The position numbers and the translations under genes were made by a program. Positions 1 to 11,809 of a stretch of 64,000 nt of DNA are shown in pieces; positions within the stretch are counted from its first letter, which is position 1; the number at the start of each line of letters is the position of its first letter. The notes under the pieces were generated by a model, which saw nothing but the letters and a program-made list of their open reading frames with translations, made no database searches and was not told the DNA's origin. Source of the stretch: the human T2T-CHM13v2.0 reference genome, Homo sapiens; assembly GCF_009914755.1 (NCBI RefSeq), contig NC_060945.1; one strand, written 5' to 3'.

Positions 1-617
1 ATTAGTTCAACCATTGTGTAAGACAGTGTCGCGATTCCTCAAGGATCTGGAACTAGAAATACCATTTGATCAGCAATCTCATTACTGGGTATATGCACAA
101 AGGATTATGACTCATTCTACTACAAAGACACATGCACATGTATGTTTATTGCAGCATTATTCACAATAGCGAGAACTTGGAACCAACACAAATGCCCATC
201 AATTTTAGACTGGATTAAGAAAATGTGGCACACATACATCATGGAATACTATGCAGCCATAGGAAAGAATGAGTTCATGTCCTTTGGAGGGACATGGATG
301 AAGCTGGAAACCATCATTCTCGGCAGACTAACACAGGAACAGAAAACCAAACACCGCATGTTGTCACTCATAATTGCTCATAAGTGGGAGTTGAACACTG
401 AGAACATAAGGGCACAGGGAAGGAGGGAACATCACACACCGGGGCCTGTTGGGGGTTAGGGCTCTAGGGGAGGGATTGCATTAGGAGAAATACCTAATGC
501 AGATGACAGGTTGATGAGTGCAGAAAACTACCATGGCACATGTAAACCTATGTAACAAACCTGCACGTTCTGCACATGTATCCCAGAACTTAAAGTATAA
601 TTAAAAAAAAAAAAAAA
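1..617 (+). mobile_element. L1PA (L1PA7/8-like) 3' end: ORF2 C-terminus, 3'UTR and poly(A); continues off the left edge
   Basis: ORF 142-459 (MFIAALFTIARTWNQHKCPS...WMKLETIIL) is the L1 ORF2 C-terminus. The G-rich 3'UTR at 441-474 is followed by CCCAGAACTTAAAGTATAATT and an A-tail. Confidence 0.95.
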
Positions 618-1039
618 GGTAATGATAATCTAATTCGTGGAATTTCTGAAAAATTGACTTCTAAACTGTAAGAATAATTTGGTTTACAGCATGTTCTACC
701 AATATGGAAGTATTTACTGAAAATATTGAATGACATACATATTTGAAAATGATAGATCTTTCCATGTACCATAAAAATTGAGTCATTGTCAACTTAGTGT
801 TTGCTTTTCCCAAGCAAATTAAACATTTATTGCTGGAAGAAATGAAAAACATGGCTCCACAACCCTTTCTGTGTCTCACATTGGATAGTCAGTATTTTTT
901 GCACAGAAGGACAACCATCATAAGCAAATTAAGTGATTGCCTATGACATTTCTCCCAAATATTTACAGATAATTTTTAAATGTAATTTTTCAATAACGAT
1001 AAAAGGTTAAAGTGAAGACATCATTCAAAGGTGGGCATG

Positions 1040-1265
1040 ACAGTGTAGAAACCAATTAGGGAAGGGTAGGTATATGTAAAATAGGTGAAGGGTGGGGAAA
1101 TCAGAGGAAAGCCCACTAAACAGGGAGACAAGTTGCCAAGCCAGTCTGAGGATTTAACTTGTAGCTTGACTTTCAGGCTTTAAATTGTCTTCGGCTTAGA
1201 GGTGACGTTTCACCAGGGACCCACCCCTATCTGCCTAGGCATTTGGTTGCCTCCTGCCCTCTCAC
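1040..1265 (-). mobile_element. ERV1 LTR fragment (MER50-like)
   Basis: Reverse complement begins TGAGAGGGCAGGAGGCAACCAAATGCCTAGGCAGATAGGGGTGGGTCCCTGGTGAAAC, matching the recalled 5' end of MER50/MER48-group LTRs. Confidence 0.65.
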
Positions 1266-2032
1266 ATTGATGAAATGCATTACGAAAATATTAAAACTAA
1301 CAATACCAAATGTATAACTAGCTATATTATAAAAAAGAAAATGTAATAATGAAAACTGTTAAGATCTAATCTTTCACATATTCGGTATTCACTGGTATGA
1401 AAAAGGGTGATCTAGTGCCATTTTTATAACTTTCCCAATTAGTGAAGAATAAACACACTTGGGAACATAAATATTTAGAAGTAGGTACAACATACATAGT
1501 CAAAGATCAAACTTTTGTCCCACAATTTAATAATATTAGCAAGAAAATTAAACAAAAACAAAATAGCAAAAAATTCGGGATGAATTATCACTTTATAACT
1601 ATTTAAAGCTACTTTATTACAGTAACATTTTTTCCTCTATACCTACTGAAAAATATAATACATTTTACTGGAATCACCTAAGATATCAAATTGGTTAAAT
1701 TTAACATTTAAATTGTATTTTTATAACCCAGGAATTTTACATTCCACGTAAATAAATGATAATGGAGGAGTAGAATTTTCAATAACTAATATATTTACTC
1801 TTTTTCAGATAAGTGCCAATGCTGATTTTTGGTGCTAAACACATCACATACAGATTCACAGTTTGGAATGTAGCAAGCGTGTTAACATTTTCTCCTCAAG
1901 CGATATATTTTTCTGAGCTGTGTTAGAAGTGAATGTTGTGTTTCGTTAAAAAGGAAATTTGCATGTATAGCTTGTTTATTTCTAGAATGTGTTGTTGGCT
2001 TACCTTTAAAAACTCAAAATATCTAAGGCTTG

Positions 2033-2181
2033 AATTCTAGCTGGGTGATGGGATCATTCATACGCCAAACCTCAGTAACACAAAATTTGTCCATGTGTTG
2101 AACCTGAAGATGTACACCTTAAACCTAACATTAAAGTTGAGAGAAAAGAAATAAAATAAAATTAAAATAAAATAATAAACA
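2033..2181 (+). mobile_element. Severely 5'-truncated L1PA16/L1PB 3' end with target-site duplication
   Basis: CTGGGTGATGGGATCATTCATACGCCAAACCTCAG...ATTAAAGTTG plus A-rich tail. Flanked by AAAATATCTAAGGCTTG (2016-2032) and AAAATATCTAATGCTTG (2182-2198). Confidence 0.85.
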
Positions 2182-2314
2182 AAAATATCTAATGCTTGCT
2201 TGGAATCATCTTTGTATGAGAACTCTAGAACTTGAGTAAAGAATATTGCCTTGTTGCAACAAGTTGCTTATTGAAAATCAGATTCCTTTTTATTTTTTAC
2301 AGTGGATGCCTTAT

Positions 2315-2700
2315 GATGGGTACTCCGGAAGCAGAAAATAATACAGAATGTGAGTCTTAAGGTATTTATCAGGATCCACACCTGTGAAAAGAATGGGAAG
2401 AAACAGGATTGGCAGAGGGAGAATGTGAGCTATGACAAATGTGCAGACAATTTGCAAAGAGCATGGCTTGAGATTTTCATATGAGAATTGTCCTCCATAA
2501 GGCCAAACTGGCTGGACTTTTTCTTCTCCACCTAGATCATCCCCTGAGAAGGTTGAGAGCTTGAACCAGTGAGCTGTCTGCAAATCTGGAAGATCCCGAA
2601 GTGTCTGATGACCAGGTCAACTCCCCAGAGCCATAGGACACATTTTCCCTCGCAAGAGTATGTAAGCAGCCTGTCACCATGTCTACCACAGTGTAACCCT
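2315..2700 (-). mobile_element. ERVL LTR (LTR33/LTR16-like)
   Basis: CCGGAAGCAG...TTTATCAGGATCCACACCTGTGAAAAGAATGGGAAGAAACAGGATTGGCAGAGGGAG resembles antisense LTR33. It adjoins ERVL internal sequence. Confidence 0.55.
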
Positions 2701-3879
2701 TAGACAGATCATCTCTAATTCCACGTGAACATTGAACAGGTGGCTCTGCTATGAAGTGATGGACCACCCTTCCTGAGAGACACTTAGAATAAGGAAGTTA
2801 GTGAAACTTTGCTTATCTGGTATGGTGACCTTTACCCTGATTCATGATGTGCTTGAGCCTCCTGGTCACCATGTACCCAAAGGCTGTTTTACTTGTCCAT
2901 TTACATTCATATTTTCACAAAGGAAGGCACTAAATAGATCATCTGGTTCCCAGGCATATTATTCTTTTCTCTCTCTCTGTACTAGAGCAACCTTACCTCC
3001 TCCTGATAATTAATTCCTGCCAATTTAGTACTTCTTTCTTTTGCCTACTCTTCCCTTTACCCAAAGAATCAAAATTTCACAGGAAACAGCCATCATTAAA
3101 TTAAATTAAACAGAAATGTAATTTTATAATTAAATTAGAATTAAATAGAACTTTTGCTATGTCTCCTAGAGAAATTGTGCTGCCATTACAGACTGAGACC
3201 TCTAATCCTGCAGAACCCTACATGTAGGAACAAGAAGCACAAACTCAATGGATCATTGTGAATGACAGTAAGTGGGAATGCTCATGCTTCTGTGACTTGG
3301 TTCCAGGCCTATGGGTGCTTCATGCTAGGAACACAATGTCTTTGATTCATTGTGTATTCTACATCTAGAAGGATGGCACCCAAGTTTCATCTGTTATTAT
3401 ATTCACACTTGAATTTCATATAGACTCTGAGCAGGCAATGCTCTATGAGAGTAGAAGTTTCTGGATGGTATAAGATCAGTGGGTATCATAAACTTGAGCC
3501 CCTTTCCTCACTCTTTGCTGTAAGGCATAGAACATGAGGCCAAGGCCGTGCATGTAAGAAAAAGAAACTCAGATCCAGAATTCATGTATATTTACATGAG
3601 AATAAGCCACCCACCATTGCAGAGTAGAAAGGCTGATTTTAGGCAACTTGTCTTCAAGAGGCCATCTGATCTCCTTGAGAATTAAATTCCCGTTGGGGTT
3701 TAGCTTTCAGCTTTCTTGCTGCTGGGATAGACATTTGGTGGTGCTAATAGCTAGAATAGTCATATCGATATCTTCATACTTAGCCTCCATCTCTGCCACT
3801 AAAACCACTTTGTTCATGTGCCCAACATGCCAATATTGATGTGTCCAGTGACTAAGGCCGGCTAATAAAATTTGCTTGC

Positions 3880-4240
3880 TGTATTAGTCTGCTCTCATGC
3901 TGCTGATAAAGACATATCTTAGACTGGGCAATTTACAAAATAAAAATGTTTAATGGACTCACAGTTCCATGTGGCTGGGGAAGCCTCACAATCATGGCGG
4001 AAGGTCAAAGTCACATCTCACATAGCAGCAGGCAAGAGAAAAGAGCTTGTGCAGGGAAATTCCCCTTTATAAAACCACCAGATCTCATGAGACTTATTCA
4101 CTATCATGAGAATAGCACAGGAAAGATCCACCCCCATGATTCAATTATTTACCACCAGGTCCCTCCCACAACACGTGGAAATTATGGGAGCTACAATTCA
4201 AGATGATATTTGGGTGGGGGCACAAAGCCAAACCATATCA
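3880..4240 (-). mobile_element. THE1B solo LTR (ERVL-MaLR)
   Basis: TGTATTAGTCTGCTCTCATGCTGCTGATAAAGAC ... GCCAAACCATATCA is the reverse complement of a complete THE1B LTR, about 360 bp. Confidence 0.93.
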
Positions 4241-4360
4241 CCTGGCTATTTTTTATATTTGGCTCTTTATTGCATGTGCTGTGTTGAAGTGCTCTCTGGT
4301 GGGCGTTAAAATGTGATAAATATTACTCACTGTCTCTACTCTGTAATTCCTTGTTCCCTG

Positions 4361-4576
4361 TTTCTTCCCCTTCCCCCTCCTCCTCCTCCTTCTTCTTCCT
4401 CTCCTCCTCCTCCTCCTTCTTCTTCTTCTTTTCTTCTGCTTCTTCCTCTTCTTCCTCTTCTTCTTTTTCTTCTTCTTCTTCTTCTTCTTCTTCTTCTTCT
4501 TCTTCTTCTTCTTCTTCTTCTTCTTCTTCTTCTTCCTCTTCCTCCTCTTCTTCCTCTTCTTCTCCTTCTTCTTCTT
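4361..4576. repeat. Compound (CCT)n/(TTC)n polypyrimidine microsatellite with a pure (TTC)23 core at 4467-4535
   Basis: Read directly from the sequence. It produces the poly-K, poly-L and poly-S ORFs in the track. Confidence 0.97.
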
Positions 4577-4809
4577 GGTATTTGTAACCATTTGGCTAGA
4601 AAAATTGCTACTGCTAAGGAGTCTCTATATATTCCACAAACTGTAATAACAGATACACTACCTGAAGTCCTGGCCAGAGGGAGGATTTCCCATCACCCCT
4701 GTTTGCCAAGGCCACATTGAGTGAAACTGTAGTAAGCTGCCAAACATTTATGGCTTATGTCCATGTAGTGATGGGTACCACCACCCATGCACGCATTGAT
4801 TCTTTTAAG

Positions 4810-5560
4810 TATTTTTATTTTAAAATTTTTAAAATAATTTCAACTTTTTTTTTAGATTCAAGGGGTATATGTGCAGGTTTGTTACATAGGTATTTTGCAT
4901 GATGCTGAGGTATGGGATTTGAATGATCCCATCACCCAGGTAGTGAGCATACTTTTTCAACCTTTGTTTTGACAATTAGTTTTTCAATTCTTGTTTACCT
5001 GCTTCCCTCGCCCCTCCAATAGTCCCCAGGATCTATTATTCCCATCTTTATGTCCATGAGTACTCAATGTTTAGCTCCCATTTATAAATGAGAACATGTG
5101 ATATCTGGTTTTCTGTTCCTGTCTTAATTCGCTTAAGATAATGGCCACTAGCTGCATCCATGTTGTTGCAAAGGACATGATCTCATTGTTTTTTATGGCT
5201 GCATAGTATTCCATGGTGTATATGTACCACATTTTCTTCATCCAATCTGCCATGGACGGGCACCTAGATTGATTCTATGTCTTTGCCATTGTGCATGGTG
5301 CCATGATAACCATACAAGTGCATGTGTCATTCTGGTGGAATGATTTATTTTCTTTTAGATTTTTGGGTCAGATGTAGTTCTGTTTCAAGTTCTTCAAGAA
5401 ATCTCCAAACTGTTTCCACAGTGGCTGAACTAATTTGCATTCCCAACAACAATGTGTAAGTGATCTCTTTTCTCTGCAGTCTCATCAGCATCTGTTGTTT
5501 TCTAAACTTTTTAAACATAGCCATTCTGATTTATGTGAGATGGTATCTCATTGTGCTTTT
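4810..5560 (-). mobile_element. 5'-truncated L1PA15/16-like 3' end
   Basis: T-rich tail, TTCAAGGGGTATATGTGCAGGTTTGTTAC and ATCCCATCACCCAGGTAGTGAGC. ORF 5071-5253 (WMKKMWYIYTMEYYAAIK) is the ORF2 C-terminus. Confidence 0.92.
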
Positions 5561-5650
5561 TCAAGAGTGGAAAAAAATCTCCATCATTTTTCTGGGATGG
5601 AAGCCTGGGCCTGCCCACTGACTCCATTTCAATTCAGCATTCTAAGAGTG

Positions 5651-8600
5651 CCTTTGTTTCTTTAACTTTTATTTTAAGTTTAGAGGTACCTGTGTGTATT
5701 TGTTATATAGGTAGACTTGTGTCATGGGGATTTGTTGTACAGATTATTTCATCACCCAGGTATTAAGTCTAGTACCAATTAGTTATTTTTCCTGATCTTC
5801 TCCCTCTTCCTACCCTTCACCCTCCAATAGATCCCAGTGTCTGCTGTTCCCTTCTTCTACGTGTCCATGTGTAATCATCATTTAGCTCCTACTTATAGGT
5901 CAAAACATGTGGTATTTGGTTTTCTGTTCATGTGAGTTTGCTAAGGGTAAGAACCTTCGGTTCCTTCCATATTCCTGCAAAAGACATTATCTCATTCATT
6001 TTTATGGCTGCATAGTATTCCATGGTCTATATGTACCACATTTTCTTTATCCCCTCTACCTTTGATGGGCATTTAGGTTGATTCCATGTCTTTGCTATTG
6101 TGAATAGTGTTGCAACAAACATATGTGTGCATGTGTGTTTATGATAAAATGATTTATATTCTTTTGGGTTTATACCCAGTGATGAGATTGCTGGGTTGGA
6201 TGGTACTTCGATTTTTAGGTCTTTGAGGAATGGCCACACTGTCTTCCACAATGGTTGAACTAATTTACCCTCCCAACAACAGCGTATAAGTGTTTCTTTT
6301 TCTCCACAACCTTGGCAGCATCTGTTAGTTTTTGAGTTTTAATAATAATCATTCTGACTTGTGTGAGATGTTTTTCTCTTTGGTTTTGATTTGCATTTGT
6401 CTAATCATCAGTGATGTTGAGCTTCTTTTCATATGATTGTTGGCTGAATGTATGTGTTCTTTTGAAAAGTGTCCATTCATATCTTTTACCCACTTTTTAA
6501 TGGAATTATTTGTTTGTTTTGAAACAGGATGTCACTCTGTCATCTAGGCTGGAGGGCAGTGGTGCAATTTCAGCTCACTGCAGCCTCTGTCTCCTTTGTT
6601 CAAGGGATCCTCCCATCTCAGCCTCCCAAGTAGCTAGGACTACAGGCACACACCACCACACCTAGCGTTTTTGTTGTTGTAATTTTTATTTTTATTTTTA
6701 TTTTTATTTATTTATTTTGTAGAGATGTGGTTTCACCATGTTGCCCAGACTGGCCTCAAACTCCTAGGCCCAAGTGATCAATCTGCTTTGGCCTCCAAAA
6801 GTGCTGGGATTATAGTTGTGAGCCACTGCACACTGCCTGTTTGTTTGTTTTTTTCTTGTAAATTTTTTTAAGTTACTTATAGATACTGGATATTAGTCCT
6901 TTGTCAGATACACTGTTTGAAAAAATTTTCTCCCATTCTGTGGGTGGTGTGTTTACTCTGCTGATAGATTCTTTTGCTGTGCAAAAGCTCTTAAGTATAA
7001 TTAAATCCCACTTGTCAATTTTTGTTTTAATTGCAATAATTTTTGGCATCTTCTTCATGAAATCTTTGCTTGTTTCTATGTCCAGAATTGTACCGCCCAG
7101 GTTGTTTTCCAGGGGTTTTATAGTTTTGGGTTTTACATTTAGGTATTTTTTAAATACTGAATTAATTTTTGTATACGGTAATAAGGAAAGGTCTAATTTC
7201 AATCTTCTGCATGTGGTTAGCTAGCTATCCCAGGGCCATTTATGAAATAGAAAATCCTTTCCCCATTGCTTGTTTTTGTCAGCTTTGTCAAAGATCAGAT
7301 GGTTGTAGTTGTGTGGCTTTATTTCTGGGCTCTCTATTCTGCTTTATTGGTCTAGGTGTCTGTTTTTGTACCATGACCATGCTGTTTTGGCTACTGTAGC
7401 CCTGTATTATACTTTGAAGTCAGGTAGAGCGTTGGCTCCAGCTTAGGAGGTATCCTAAGCTGGATGTTCTTTTTGCTTTGGATTGCCTTGACTATTCAGG
7501 TTCTTTTTTGGATCCACATAAATTTTAAAATAGTTTTTTCTAGTTCTGTGAAGCATGTCATTGGTAATTTAATAGGAATAGCATTTAATTAAAAAATTTC
7601 TTTGGGCAGTATGGCCATTTTAACAATTTTGATCCTTCTAATCCATGAGCTGAGCATAGGATGTTTATTTGTTTGTGTCACCTCTGATTTCTTTGAGCAT
7701 TGTTTGTTAGTTCTCCTTGCATAGATATTTCACCTCCCTTATTAACTGTATTCCCAGGTATTTTATTGTTTTTGTGGCAATTGTGAATGGGGTTGCGTTC
7801 CAGATTTGGCTCTTGGCTTGACCCTTGTTGGAGTATAGGAATGCTAGTGATTTTTGTACACTGATTTTTGCATCCTGAGGCTTTGATGACATTGTTTATC
7901 AGCTTAAGGAACTTTTGGGTCCTTACTATAGGATTTTCTAGATATAGGATCATGTCTGCAAACAGGGATATTTTAACTTCCTCTCTTCCTATTTGGATGC
8001 CCTTTATTTCTTTCTCTTGCCTGATTGCTCTGGGCAGGACTTCTAATTATATGTTGAATAGGAGTAGTGAGAGAGGGCATCCTTGTCTTATTCTGGTTTT
8101 CGAGGGGAACACTTCCAAATTTTGCCCATTCAGGTATGATGTTGGCTGTGGTTTTGTCATAGATAACTCTTACTGTTCTGAGGTATATTCCTTCAATACC
8201 AAGTTTACTGAGAGTTTTTAACATGAAGAAGTATTAACTTTTATCAAAAGCTTTTTTTGCATCTATAATCATGTAGTTTTTGTCTTTATTTCTGTTTATG
8301 TGATGAATCATTTTTATTGATTTATTTATGTTCAGCCAACCTATCATCCTTGGGATAAAGCCAACTTTATTATGGTGGATAAGCTTTTTGATGTGCTGCT
8401 GAGTTTGGTTTGCAAGTTTTTTTTTTTTTTTTTTTTTTTTCCGAGGGCTTTTGCATCAATGTTCATCAAGGATATTGGCCTGAAGTTTTCTTTTTTTGTT
8501 GTGTTTCTTCCAGGTTTTGGTATGAGGATGATGCTGGCCTCATAGATTGATTTAGGGAGGAATCCCACTTCCTCAATTTTTTTGGAGTAGTTTCAGCAAG

Positions 8601-11058
8601 GATGGTACCAGCCCTTCTTTGTACATCTGGTAGAATTCAGCTGTGAATCCATCTGGTCCTGGGCTTGTCGTTCTGTGTAAAACTAGGATTGCAACTCCTG
8701 CTTTTTTTCTGTTTTCCATTTGCTTGGTAGGTTTTTCTCCATCCCTTTATTTTGATTTTAAAGGTGTCATTGCATGTGAGATGATCTCTTAAAGACAGTG
8801 TATCAATAGGTCTTGGTTCTTTATCCAGCTTACTGCTTTGTGCCTTTTACTTGAGGCATTTAGCTTATTTACATTCAAGGTGAATATTTATATATGTGCA
8901 TTTATTCTGTCATCATGATGTTAATTGATTATTATGCAGACTTGTTTATGTGGTTACTTTATAATGTCACTGGTCTGTGTACTTAAGTGTGTTTTTATAG
9001 TGGCTGGTGATGTTCTTTCCCTTCCATATTTAGTGTTTCCTTCAGGAGCTCTTGTAAGGCAGGTCTGATGGTAATGGATTCCCTTACGTTCTTTTCTATA
9101 CTGGCTATTTTATTCTTTCCTTTCCATGTTTAGTGCTTCCTTCAGGAGCTCTTGTAAGGCATGTCTGCTGGTAATGAATTCCTTTACATTATTTTCTATA
9201 CTAGCTACTTTGTCTGTCAGCTTCTGCATTATTTTTTTGTGATTCTTAGCTTCCTTGGATTGGTTTTCAATGCATTGCTCCTATCCATACTCTGAATTCA
9301 ATTTCTGTCATTACAGCCATCTCAGCTTGGTTCAGAACCCGTGGAGAGGAGGTGGTGGAGGTGGTGTGGTCATTGGAAGGAAAGAAGGCACTATGGCTCT
9401 TTCAGTTTTCAGGGTTCTTGCACTGGTTCTTTCTCATCTTTTTGGACTTAACGTTCCTTATGTTCCTTCAATCTTTGAAGTTGCTGACCTTTGGATGCAT
9501 TTTTTTCTTTTATCCTATTTGATAATTTTGAGGACATAATTGTGGTATAAGGTGAATTCAGCCAACTTGCTTCATTTCTGGAAGATTCTAGATAGCCAAC
9601 ACCCAGCTACCAAACTCTTGGATTGCCTGCTCTAATTCTGGGGAACTTGTATCCAGCAAATCTTGTTGTTTGTCTCCTTGAGGTTACGAATCCCTTTGCA
9701 CTGAGGGAGCCATGGTGCTCTCCAACCACTGGTCCCTACATTCTGATGGGTGGTACCAGTCAAAGCCTTTTCTAGTTTGGTGACAATGGAATACATCCTC
9801 ATTTGCATGTGCCAGCAGCAGAAGCACAGTGGGGTGCATGCTGGTCAGCTACAGCAGGGTGTTAGCAGGTGCCTGCATGCCTGTCTCCACTCAAGTGTAG
9901 ACTACAGTGGCAGAGGAAAGGCAACTTATGGGGGCAGGGGCCCCTGCTGGCGATTGTATTTGCACAAGTGTTGGCAATAGGGGAGGGCGCTGATGGGCAC
10001 AGGTCTGTGTGCATTCTCTTTGTGTTTTCTATGTGCCACAGGCAGGGGTGGTCACTCAGGGTGGGGAGGTCTGCTGTTCCCTGTGACTAGTTTCATTCCC
10101 ATGGCAGTGTTGGCAAAATGGCCAGTGATGGTCGGTGTAGGACTGGTTGGCTCTGGGACCACCAAGGTTCTAACTGCCATGGTGGTGGTAGGGGGTGTGG
10201 ACTGCACTCTTCTTGCAGCAGTAGCACGGCAGGGTGCACTTACACATATATGCTGGCAAGGTAAAGAAAGCAAAACCCATCTGTGCACATATGTGTCAGC
10301 AAAGTGATGTGGGTGTTTGCTGTAGACACACAGGAAGCTGTAGTGTGGGGTGGGAGTGGGCAGGCTGGTGTGTGGCCATGGCAGCTGCACTTCTGGAGCG
10401 CTTACCCCCTGTCATGGAAGGCCTTCCAGTACAGAAGCTATGATGCAGGCCCTCAGGGTACCTGAGGCTTCCCTGCAAGCAGGTGCTGCCAGGCTCGGGC
10501 TCTGGGAGAGGCCAGCAAACTAAAGGGTGCTCATGTTGGGCCAACCTTGTCTGATGGTCAAGACCACCCTGCAGAGTTCAAGTCCGACTGTTGCCCTAGA
10601 ACTAAAGTCTCCTATGAAAGCATGTCAAGCCTAGAGGGATGGAAGTCCCTGACCGTGCTCCGCTACAAATGTTCTCGCACCAAACTCCCTGGGTTCTACA
10701 TCCGCTGGCTTGCTGCCCCTACCACTTCTCTAAGCAGCTCTGGCTGCCAACCTGAGTGTCCATGGCAGTTGAGGGGCCTCCTGCAGCTGGAATTCCAGAG
10801 GTCCGTGGTTAGAACAGGTTGCTCCTTGCAAGTTCAACTCACCCATTCCCTGAGAGTCCTTGGGGGCCAGGAACAAGTCCCAGCGCATGGTAGCCCAGTG
10901 CAATGTTCCTCCTGTTTCAGCCCAGCTTCCTTCTGTGTCTTCCCTCGGCCACTCCTGGTGCCTTCCATCGGATGATTTGTTAGGAGTGCGCCAGTTGTCT
11001 CAGTCCCTTGCTGGCGGTAATTCCACTTGCTGTGTCTAGTCGGCCATCTTGCCCCAAG
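5651..11058 (-). mobile_element. L1PA (L1PA13-like) with 5'UTR and 3' end, internally deleted in ORF1 and ORF2
   Basis: ORF2 remnants at 6027-6251, 6873-7202, 7678-8224 and 8344-8568. GC-rich 5'UTR at about 9540-11058 ends in GGCCATCTT (YY1 site). Shared flank CTAAGAGTG at 5642-5650 and 11059-11067 is the TSD. The RT motif has decayed to FAD-MI. Confidence 0.93.
6510..6838 (-). mobile_element. AluJ inserted in L1 ORF2
   Basis: Dimeric antisense Alu with J-type features (GATCCTCCCATCTCAGCCTCC, CAAACTCCTAGGCCCAAG) and TTTGTTTG on both flanks. Confidence 0.93.
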
Positions 11059-11067
11059 CTAAGAGTG

Positions 11068-11800
11068 TTAAGCAGAGAAAGAAAACAGAAATAGAAAATA
11101 AATTTCATGAGAATTGGAATAAAACATATGACTGTAATTTTTCAAAGAAATTATTGTCTAAAAATCCAAAGGCAGGTGTAACTTATAGAATTCTTATAAT
11201 TAAACGTCAACTTTGATATTGGCTATAGATACAAGTTAAACTTGATGTAAAAACCAAGTTTATTTCTATATGGAAACAATAATATTTGGAAAGTGAAATT
11301 TTAGAAGAAAGACAGCATTTATAAATGTATGAAGGGATTAGAATTGAACCTAATGAGATGGATATCTACAGAGAAAATTATAAATTATACAAATTTCATA
11401 AATAAATAAAGTCATATCGAGTTTATGAGTTGAAGACATTGCAAAGACAGCAATTGTTTCTAACACAATCATGGATTCAATACAGTCCCACCAAATGCAA
11501 GCAGTATTTATTGTGAACATTTACCAACAAATCCTAAAATTTACAAGAAATAAAAAATGGTCAGGAAAAGTCAGGAAACATTTTTAAAAGAACAAGATGG
11601 AGAATCTATTCTACTAGAACACATGGCTTATTACATACTACAATAAGCACAGAAATGTGATATTAGCACAATGGTAAGTTAAAAAATTGAACAGAATAGA
11701 ATCTCTAGAAACAGACAGGTATAAAAGGAACTAATTTATAACAAAGAAGAATAATGAGTACAGGGCCATTTTTAAAATAAAGAGCTGTGGGTCAATAGGA
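11068..11800 (+). mobile_element. Old L1M (L1ME-like) ORF2 fragment
   Basis: A-rich degenerate ORF2 motifs such as GGATTCAATACAGTCCCACCAAA, ATCCTAAAATTTACAAG and AACAGAATAGAATCTCTAGAAACAGAC. Confidence 0.65.
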
Positions 11801-11809
11801 TAATGGCAG

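Larger units (their letters stand above)
2700..5620 (-). mobile_element. Degenerate ERVL internal (pol) remnant, interrupted by THE1B, a CT microsatellite and an L1
   Basis: Reverse complement of 4590-4790 (…GGTGATGGGAAATCCTCCCTCTGGCCAGGACTTCAGGTAGTG…) resembles the ERVL RNase H region, and 3250-3870 resembles integrase-region sequence. No intact ORF. Confidence 0.55.

Noticed and set aside
441-474. G-quadruplex motif
   Set aside because: A standard feature of L1PA 3'UTRs, so not novel.
4253-4720. ORFs encoding poly-Lys/Arg, poly-Leu and poly-Ser proteins
   Set aside because: They are translations of the CCT/TTC microsatellite, which simply lacks stop codons. There is no promoter or splice context.
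9750-10975. Cluster of overlapping GC-rich ORFs (up to 142 aa)
   Set aside because: They lie in the L1 5'UTR, where higher GC lowers stop frequency. No recognisable domain.
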